Assembly: GCF_006345805.1 (NCBI RefSeq)
Contig: NC_043011.1
Location: 6,076,001 to 6,140,000, forward strand
Direction of reading: 5' to 3'
DNA length: 64,000 nucleotides
DNA from: Octopus sinensis
Taxonomy: Eukaryota
Shown here: piece after piece, positions 54,768-64,000 of the stretch
Layout of the letters: the number at the start of each line of letters is the position of its first letter
Numbering within the stretch: the stretch's first letter is position 1
The notes under the pieces: model-generated
The model's database searches: none
Seen by the model: only the letters and a program-made list of their open reading frames with translations
What the model was told of the DNA's origin: nothing
Translations under genes and position numbers: made by a program

Positions 54768-56009
54768 AAATATATATGATATATATAAATATATATGATA
54801 TATTCATATCTTAGATACTCCAACCAGTGCCATCACACAAACTATTACCATTCTTCTCCACATTGGGCACCATTCTACCCCTTACTGGACACAGGCAGTG
54901 TGCTCTGCAACTCTGTATTTTGGGGTTTAATTACACTGCACTGTACTTTGGGTGTCTTCTTATATAGCCTTGGTTCATCCAAAGCCTCCTGACATTTGGT
55001 TTAAAAACCATAGGAATACTGTGTAGTTCATCATCATCATCATCATCATTTAATGTGTCTTCCATGCTGGCATGGGTTGGATGGTTTGACAGAAGCTGGC
55101 AAAGTTAGGAGCTGCACCAGGTTTTTGTTTTGGCATGATTTCTACAGCAAGATGCCAACCATTCTACAGCATGTACTGCATGCTTTTTATGTGGCGCCAT
55201 CACCAGTTCTTCACACAACCGTCCTCGTTTGATCATTCAGTTGCTAAAATTGATAATGACAATTAACAACCTATTCAGCAGAGGTGAAAGATCTAATAAA
55301 ACCTGTCTATCGTTCCAGATTAAGAGGAGTAAATAAGAGAAAACTATTTCTAGGAAAGGATGCCAACTTATTCCAGATAACATTCCCAGAAGAAGATTCA
55401 GTTAGCCATTCCTTGTTAGAAGTGATGATGTTCAGAGTAATAAGCCCCCAGCTTTAATAATTGATAATGATGAACCACAACCTGGCTTAGTGATTCTGAA
55501 GCTTTTTGGTTTCAGAGCTCACTGGGGGTTGAACAAACAAATTACTGACCCACTATGCACGGGGAGGTTCAAAATTACAAGCCTGCTCTGTTATGAGGGA
55601 GTAAAAATTAAACTCAAGTACTTTACATGGTATGTTAAAAGTACACTTCATATCACAGTATCGACCAATCAGATGTTATACACCGCTGATCACAATGCAC
55701 TTCCAATTCTGTTTTGACTGCACCACTCTTTTCCATCTTCACAAAAATTGCTTAATTAAATCTTCTTCCCATTTTCATGGAGGCCTTCCAATGTCTTGGC
55801 TACCACTCAGCAACTGCAAGAGTCCACCTGGTGTCTGTGAACCTTGCAATGTGTCCAGCCCGGGAGAACTTCTTACAGAATGTTAAAAACTACTGATGCT
55901 CTTCGAAGTTTAAAAAAATGTTTTAAAGTTAAGAATTTGGATGAGCAAAGCAAACTATCATTTCTTCTGGTGTATTTTAGGAGGGTCCGTACGCCAGGAA
56001 TAAGCACAC

Positions 56010-56292
56010 ACTATTTTACTTTTTTATTATTATTATTAGTCAATTGGTTAACCACTTAGCTAATCAATTGTTTGATTAATCATTTGGTCAATCAGTCAAT
56101 CAGTTGTGTTTGTCAAACAGCTTCAAGTCTTAAGCTGACCTGGGGTCAAGAGAGAGCATGTCATTGAAGAGGTCAGGAATAGCATCAAAAGGACTTTGAC
56201 AAACCTTGCTAATTGACTGAACAATTAATTAGTTAATTGCTTTAAATAATTAATCAATTGGCTAGTAAATAATAAAGAAGTGAAATAGAACC
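56010..56292. mobile_element. AT-rich foldback/MITE-like element
   Basis: Imperfect inverted arms ctattt.actt.tttattatt...tttgtcaaa at ~56010-56118 and ~56196-56290. Confidence 0.45.
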
Positions 56293-56647
56293 AGTGTGTG
56301 TGTGTGTCTTTGTTATTGGCACAGTGGCCCTCCCAAGATACAACAAAAACTGTTCCAACAGAAGAGTACACATCAAGAATCTTGCAAAGCAAACACAAAA
56401 ATGAAATATTGTTTATTATGCTTTATTAATAATACTTTGTCTAACAAAATTATGAAAATTCAGGTTTCCTAAGACACTGAAGCACTAATATAAGATGTCT
56501 TTTAAAGCCTTAACTTATCCTTCTACAGCTCCACAGTGTAGCTACATATTCACTGCCATGCACTGGTTTTGAACCACTGATCTCATCTATTAAATAGTAA
56601 CATTAACACCTTAACCTATCAACTACTTCACCTGAGTGATTACTTAC

Positions 56648-56834
56648 CGTTTCCTCTTGTCTCGATTCAGAAGCTGTTTGTACTGTTCATGGGCAGCATA
56701 TTGCATGGAAGCGTAAGGGATGATCCGAGCCATTGTGGCTGTGTTACCACGCCACAAACTCAGGAAACCTTCATGTTTGAAGCAGGAATAGAGGAAACGG
56801 ACAGCTTCTCGAGCAGAGAACCGTATGTTCTTAC
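56648..56834 (-). CDS. SLC25A42: SLC25A42 exon 3 ([15 protein letters not shown]...[32 protein letters not shown]...)
   Basis: ccccaacag|GT...AAACG|gtaagt, 187 nt, phase 1 to 2. [22 protein letters not shown] matches SLC25A42 as I recall it. Confidence 0.95.
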
Positions 56835-57251
56835 CTGTTGGGGAATAAAAATCAATTGTTATTATGCAAACAAAAATCCAATTGCACACCTGTACACACA
56901 CACACACACACACACGTTCTTATTTGTAAGGAAACAAAAAATAATTCGTTATCACACACAAATATGATGTTAGCTATTGATACAAAGAAATTTTAAAATT
57001 TAAATAGTCAGAAAAGGAGAGATGTAGGCAAGGCTAAACAGGTGAGATCAATGTGATTGGTACTCAGGTTGCACCCTGTAGGTTTGCAGTTAATTCCAGA
57101 TGTCTACAGTTACAAGATTATTTAGGATGCAATCAGTGGGGTGAGAGGATGTCAGGCAGGTGTACAAAGTCTGATCAAAAAGTATTGAGACTGTCACAAG
57201 AGCATATTTTAGTGGGTGTGGGGTTTTGCAAAAATCTTATGTAAAGTAATT

Positions 57252-57440
57252 CTTAACCCTTCTGACAGCAACCTGTCTAAGACTGCCTCTGGTTCTACGA
57301 TACAAACATCCTGCCTTTAACTGATCTAAGTTTATATTTCCCATCACAATTTCAAGTTAATTTATGACCCAAATACCACATTAATAATGAGAATATTATT
57401 TTACTAAATAATTCATTATATTCAAAATTAATGGAAACAA
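57252..57440. mobile_element. Fragment of an AT-rich non-autonomous DNA element with TTAA-CCCTT-type end (piggyBac-like); relatives at ~26085-26450, 30310-30560 and 58245-58442
   Basis: ttaacccttc terminus and shared ttcaaaattaattgaaacaaagg internal blocks. Confidence 0.5.
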
Positions 57441-59238
57441 AGGTGACAAAAACATTGAAATGAAATGGTTAATTGATATATTCTAAGTAGAAAATTCCAC
57501 ACAAACAGCACCAAATATCCAAAATGTTCCAAAATACACAACATTCTTCATATTAAGAATATCAGACAACATGACCCTCAACAACAATGTGACCCAAAAT
57601 GACCTTCAAAATCTGGTCCAAAATATAATAAGAAAAATTATACAAGAAAACAGATAGATGTTTAATGTGTCATTAAAATAAAAATTATTTACGAAATTAT
57701 TATTATTAATTTAAAAAAAGTTTTAATTCAAAATTACCAATTTCAAGTGAAATTTATTAGTCACAAACCCAATGTAATATTAAAGAACATCTTTTTATAA
57801 ACGCACTTTGAAGTACCAAGTGAGTTTGCAGAAAATAGGGGACGTCTCGAATGCAGAACAGCTGTAAAGACAGCTTAACCTAACCAATATCAATGAAATA
57901 AAATTTTTTTTTTTTAAATCAATGCCAAAGCACAAATTTGATTTAAACTGCAATAAAAAAAAAAAGAAATGACCAATAGGTAAAAAAAACAATATCAAAT
58001 TAACTGAACCACAAAATAGACTGGAAAAAAAAATTCACAGGCATTACATTCTTTAAATTCCAAGTTTTTCCCCCCTCAATGACTACGACATGTTTTATGA
58101 TGCGGCCCATTCCTGGTCCACTTAACGCCATCACTGAAGCAGAGCTGCACTGACCAATAAGAAGTTGGAGGGCAAGCTTTACTTGATGATTAACCTGCTA
58201 GAAAGAACAGCCAAATTTCACTCAAGTTAAGCATCACCATCTCAACCCTTTAATTATGCCTTTGTTTCAATTGATTTTGAAAATCACGAATTTACTTCCA
58301 GAACTTTCTCGTTAAGCAGGTGTTTGTGATATAAATTAACATGAAATTTTGATGGAGAGCTTTAATTTAGAACAATTTAAAGCAGAAAATTTCTATCATA
58401 GAACCAGGAGGAATCTTGAGTAGGTTGGTATCAAAAGGGGCAAATAAGGGTCAGGAGTGGCTGTGTGGTAAGTAGCTTGTTTACCAACCACATGGTTCCG
58501 GGTTCAGTCCCACTGAGTGGCACCTTGGGCAAGTGTCTCCTACTGTAGCCTCGGGCCGACCAAAGCCTTGTGAGTGGATTTGGTAGACGGAAACTGAAAG
58601 AAGCCTGCCGTATATAAGTATATATATATATGTATGCGTGTGTGTGTTTGTGTGTCTGTGTTTGTCCCCCTAGCATTGCTTGACAACCGATGCTGGTGTG
58701 TTTATGTCCCCGTTACTTAGCGGTTCGGCAAAGGAGACCGATAGAATAAGTACTGGGCTTACAAAAGAATAAGTCCTGGGGTCAAGTTGCTCGATTAAAA
58801 GCGGTGCTCCAGCATGGCCGCAGTCAAATGACTGAAACAAGTAAAAGAGTAAAAGAGAGATCCACAAGGAAACTTTGCATGTTTTCGTGTGTGCGCGCAT
58901 GTGTGTGTATGACAGTGTGTATACACTGAGTATGATACATAGATGGCTATTTTAATTTTAAAATGCCTCAGTTGTGAATAGCAGATTTTTATTCAGCAGA
59001 GCAGCTATCTGCAACATCAGTAAACGTTTTATTTCTTTTTCCTATATCAGAGGCAACAAATTTTAATTCGGGTATATGGCTGGTTGTGACTATGTGCCAT
59101 TAAAAAGGCCTAAAAAGGGTAGCACAAAATTTTTGTCTTTCTAATATTTATTGTATCTTTAACGCAGCACATTCACGAGGGATGCTATCTCAGGAGAATT
59201 TGGAAGAGACACTGCATGTTTATCATCATCATCGTTAT

Positions 59239-59640
59239 CGTTTAGCGTCCGCTTTCCATGCTAGCGTAGGTTGGACGGTTCAACTGGGGTCTGGGAAGCC
59301 AGAAGGCTGCACCAGGCCCAGTTCGATCTGGCAATGTTTCTACAGCTGAATGCCCTTCCTAATGCCAACCACTCCATGAGTGTAGTGGATGCTTTTTACG
59401 TGCCACCGGCACAGGTGCCAGACGAGTCTGGCAAACGGCCACGATCGGATGGTGCTTTTTATGTGCCACCGGCACGGGGGCCAGGCAAGGCTGGCAACGG
59501 CCACGAACGGATGGTGCTTTTTACGTGCCACCGACACGAGGCCAGTCGGGGCGGCGCTGGCAACATCCACGTTCGGATGGTTCTCTTACGTGCCACCGGC
59601 ACTGGTATCTCAGCTGCAATTTCCATTGATCGATTTCAAT
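59239..59640 (-). mobile_element. RTE 3'UTR fragment
   Basis: Aligns to ~53759-54100; (CAT)n tail on the + strand. Confidence 0.85.
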
Positions 59641-59889
59641 TAAAAAGGTGGGCATCAGGAAGTGACACTGGCCATGAAACACTGCCCCACTACACACACA
59701 ATCACCACCAAATGCCTCCCTCCAACTCCTGCCAGGGTAGAAAATCTGGACGTCAAAATGGTCAGGTTTTTGATCTTCCATAACTCTTCGACTTTTATGT
59801 TATCAAAATATATTTTGAAATATCAAACTGTTGAACATAAAAAGAAACTAGAAGGGGAAGGGCCAGGAAGAAAGGATTCAAAGACATAC

Positions 59890-59998
59890 TTTGGAAGTTG
59901 ATTTTTGTCCTGTCGAGGGGAGCAATAGCCGTTTTGGCCAATGCCCCGGCCAAGGCACCCGCAATCAATGATGTAATAATTTTATTCTTGTTCGATAT
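59890..59998 (-). CDS. SLC25A42: SLC25A42 exon 2 ([36 protein letters not shown])
   Basis: tttcag|ATA...CAAA|gtatgt, 109 nt, phase 0 to 1. Carries the first mitochondrial-carrier signature P-x-D-x-x-K (APLDRTK). Confidence 0.95.
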
Positions 59999-60501
59999 CT
60001 GAAATAGTAAAACATGAGATTTCAGAGTCATCATCATCATCATCATCATCATAGACACCAAAGTCACTCATTCCCACCGTAACGACAATATTAATGTTGA
60101 TAATTGTGGTATAATCTAACCACTGTAACCACCAGCATCATTGCCAGCACCAACATCATCATTACCATCACAATTATCACCAACAATCACCAATCACCAA
60201 TTGTCATTCACATCATCAGAGCCATCCTTGCCACCACCATCAATACCAGCAGAAGTCTCTACAGTTGTATGACCTGCTAGAAATAGCAGCCAAGTCTTCC
60301 TCAAATCATACCCTTCTTTCTTAAGATAATGACATTAATTAATACAGTCCTACATTCACTTCTAAAAGTCAGAGTCATCTCGGTTGGGAAGCTTTTGATT
60401 AGGCTTGACTTGATGCTAAACAACAACAACACCAACAACAACATAAGTTGATGGTTAACGAGAGAAGAAAAATGTTAAGAGAATGCAAAAGAATGTCTTA
60501 C

Positions 60502-60675
60502 CTTGTTGTTAATGGCAAGTTCATGGTGATATGGTTCCTCCACATCAACAGAATTCGGCAGGGGAGGGCTTCGTTGTTGACCTTTGTCTGTGCCACCCAT
60601 TGATGTGGCCACCAGCTGGATTTCTGGACGGTTTAAGAGGTCAACAGTTGAAGCCTCTGTCACCTTCGTGCTCAT
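60502..60675 (-). CDS. SLC25A42: SLC25A42 coding exon 1 (MSTKV...AINNK, 58 codons); spliced exon extends to acceptor at 60735
   Basis: Acceptor ttctacttccag at 60736-37, ATG at 60675, donor AAG|gtaaga at 60500-01. Phase 0 joins the next exon in frame. The start codon is not certain. Confidence 0.7.
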
Positions 60676-61580
60676 GTCAAACAACGCATGTACATCACTG
60701 AGAGCAGTAAGAACTTGTTGCTGTGTCTCTGACAACTGGAAGTAGAAACACACAAGAATTAAAAGCTGTTCCCAGATGGTAACACTGACAGACTGACCCT
60801 TGGCCTGTCCAAAGCATTTTCATAAGTTTGTCCTTAACATCCATGCTGGCTTTCAGACTTTTCGTTAGCCTTACTTTCATATCATCATCATCATCGTCGT
60901 CGTCATCATCTTCGTCGTCATCATTTAGCATCTGTTTTCTATGCTGGTATGGATTAGATGGTTTGGGATCGGCAAGCTGGGCAGCTGTACCAGGCTCCAT
61001 GGCTGGAGGCCCTTCCTAATGCCAACTACTCCAAGAGTGTAGAGGTTGCCTTTTACATGTCACCATTCTGATTAGTATAATGCTTTCCTTCCATAAATCC
61101 TAAGTTACTCAACTGGTTGCACAAAGAATAAAAAAGAGGGGGGGGGCCAATATGATATATGGATGTGAGGGAAATATGTCCTGTGTATCATAATGGATAC
61201 ACAGGAGAGGCAGAAGATTAAGAAGTGGACAACCATTCAGGGGAGTCAGAATAAAGACAACTTGAACAGTTTCTGACAATAAACGGATAGATTTAGCCAC
61301 GTAGGTCGGCAGGAAGCTCTCCAACCAGAAAAAGAAACAATGACTTGTTGCCCCACATTTTCCCCATAACCACTACACTCTTTTCCAGGCAAATTTTGTT
61401 AACCCAACATTCTTTCCAATGTGGTGAATCTATTTTAAAAATGGTAAAAATTGGAGCAGATAATTTCGTTTAGGCATGTGACAAGCAGGTACACACTACT
61501 GACAAGGCCCACGAAGGCCAAAATACAAACCACTGCTGATATAAGGTTCAGCTCGCACACATGCGTCGTACAATCTACCT

Positions 61581-61930
61581 TTCACTCTGAGCGAGAGACC
61601 CTTTGTCACCAGCAGGGGTAGAAGCTTTTTAAACTTTGCCCAGACTATTCTTATTCTGGTGGTAACACTCTCTGAACATCCACCCCCACTACTAACTTAG
61701 TCACCTAGGTAGCGAAAGTTATCAACTACTTCTAGTTTCTTCCCCTGGAGTGTGATGGAATCTGTTTTCTGAGTGTCTGTGGTGTTTATTGCCCCTGTGC
61801 ATCTGCCATACATGAAAGCTATCTTCTCGGTTAATCTTCCTTTGGTGTTGCTGCACCTCCTATGTATCCATAGCTTACACCGGGTGCATCTTACGTCTGT
61901 CTGTTTATCTGTGTGTGAGAGTGGAGGAGG
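61581..61930 (-). mobile_element. RTE LINE internal fragment including a Cys/His (PHD-like) segment
   Basis: CTRCKLWIHRRCS...GRC...LEVVDNFRYLGD*VSSGGGCSESVTTRIR...LLVTKG overlaps the 5' end of the 54767 copy. Confidence 0.8.
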
Positions 61931-62340
61931 TACAACAGAATAAGACACAAACAGGCAGTCGCAAGCCATGTATAGCATATGTATCGAAAAGAGAGTACAG
62001 AAATATATACATTCAGTAGAAAACCAAGAGAATCCAGAAAGTTCTTAGTGATTCAACATAAATCGATATAAATCCAGGAAATTCACAAGATTATGTACCT
62101 GGTGTACGAAATAGAGGAAAATCTGAGTGGTCCTTTGTGTTGGTTCAACCTAGATGGGTAAAATCCATGGGATCATTGGTGAATACCTTGCAGGACAAGA
62201 CAGTACAAGGAATTTGGGGATATATTTATATATATATATATAGTTAATCCAAACAAGAAAACACAAAAAAACACAACAACGCGAGGACGTGGAACAAATA
62301 AAGTATTATTGGACGCTCAGGAAAGAAGGGAAGAAGGAGG

Positions 62341-62375
62341 GTTTAACGTTTCGAGCGGAGCTCTTCGTCGGAAAC
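62341..62375 (-). ncRNA. Minimal type-I hammerhead ribozyme-like motif (U4C core variant, palindromic ACGU stem III)
   Basis: GUUU-CCGACGA-A-GAGC(UCC)GCUC-GAA-ACGU-U-AAAC. Confidence 0.55.
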
Positions 62376-63611
62376 ATAGGAGAAGGAAAGATCCAGAGAA
62401 GGGAAGACAGAGGGAAAAAAATATATATATATTTCTTTACTACCCACAAGGGGCTACACACAGAGGGGACAAACAAGGACAATATATATATATATATATA
62501 TATATCATCATCATCATTTAATGCCCACTTTCCATGCTGGCATAGGTTGAACAATTTGACTGAGGTCTGTCAAGCCAATAGGTTGCACCAGGCTCCAATA
62601 TGATACACACACACACACACACACGGTGAAAATGAAACTTTAGGGGTGACTCATTATCAATATTGGCTTCTGTGGAAATGGATAGAAATATCAATAAAGA
62701 AACTGGTTTCTGCTTCTTTCTCCTTGATCCGAGAACAAACAATATTTAGTTTGTTGGCACCAACAAACAGAATGTATTTACTAGGAATGAAAGAGGATAG
62801 GATGTTCGATTGACAGAGTAAAAACAAGTTGACAAAAGACGGTGAGTTATGAGGAATAAGAAGCGCTTACTTGAGCAGAGTTCTTCCTTCATCAAAGACA
62901 GAATTTTACACAAGAAAAGTAATCCTCTTTTTATATGTTGTAACTAAATAGAAAAACTGATAAGGTTAACATCCTAGAGCAAGTTGGGGAGAAAATAAAA
63001 CCCAAACCAACTGAATATCTTTTGTTAAACCCTCTCGGAATCACTTATCTTTCTAGGCCAGACAAATAATCAGAAAGATGCAAGACTGTTTTTCATGGCT
63101 GCAACTGAGGTCAGTTAATATCTTATTCTAATAGGACATGAGCTATACTATAGCTATGCACACACACACACAGAGTTTTATGTAAGAAAATACACACAGA
63201 TATGATTTATATACTGATCATACACATACATTGTTTACATAATAAAATATTCATAAACATGATTTCCATGACTTACATAATACACAAAGACATGGTTTAT
63301 ATAAATATACACAGGTAGGGTTTATCTAACTACAGAATTAATTACTAAACACTCACCACATATAATTAACCATGTTATCACAAGGGACACCTGTATCCAC
63401 CCACCCATATATACACACATCTACCTACAGAAACGACAGGTTTCTTTCAGTTTCTGACTACTAAAACCACTTAAATGACCAGGTTTAAAGAAGACATTTA
63501 CACAAGCTGACATGCAGTGAGACTGAACCTGGGACCCTATGGTTGAGGAATGAACCGCTTAACTACACAGTTTCCCCCTTATTATTTTATATATATATAT
63601 ATATATATATA

Positions 63612-64000
63612 TCTCTTATTATAAAAGGCAGATTTTATCTGCCTCCCTTTGGGAGTTATACAAATCTACAATATAGCATTTCTTCAATTACAATTTACCT
63701 TGCATTTTTAAGAGTACAATGCATCGCGTCATGCCAGGTCCAGTTTTTAAAATTTAAACTCAATTAAGCAAAATTTACAGAAAACTCACATTCTGGTGTG
63801 TGTGTCAAATGCTTTTCTTAGTCTGGTTTACACCACACGCAAACGCACACACACAGTGGGCAACGAATAAAATGAAAGTAATTGACTTACTGTAGTGAGT
63901 GATTCTTTCACTCTGCCTCCCACTTCCTCTTTCAACACATAGACACGCAAATATATAAATAAATTGTAAGCTAACGTGCGTATGTGTGTGAGTGGGTGTG
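63612..64000 (+). mobile_element. Probable Helitron/Helentron-like element 5' part, runs off the window
   Basis: A|TCTCTTATTATAAAAG start resembles the 30971 element; subterminal hairpin aggcaga/tctgcct at 63626-44. Confidence 0.5.

Overview
AT-rich, microsatellite- and retroelement-dense eukaryotic DNA. The SINE/LINE repertoire suggests an octopod cephalopod, but this is inference. One conventional gene is well supported: SLC25A42 (mitochondrial CoA carrier) on the minus strand, 7 coding exons at 60675-42884, 354 aa with every splice phase consistent. Bases 1-19135 form a complex tandem array cut off by the left edge. Hidden in it on the minus strand, and missed by the ORF track, are four copies of a 76-nt signal-peptide exon (MASPISFLLILAIILQSE, phase 1) and nine copies of a 24-nt phase-1/phase-1 micro-exon (xDKTPIHK). 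All have intact AG/GT sites, pointing to a candidate secreted micro-exon or variable-cassette gene. The window also holds three R4/Dong-type REL LINEs, all next to (TAA)n, RTE and CR1 LINE pieces, Tc1 and mariner fossils, a non-autonomous Helitron, many tRNA-derived SINEs, two minimal hammerhead-like motifs, a possible HDV-like fold, and a 7-kb (TA/CA) microsatellite field that is a ~3.5-kb tandem duplication. No expression or database evidence was available.
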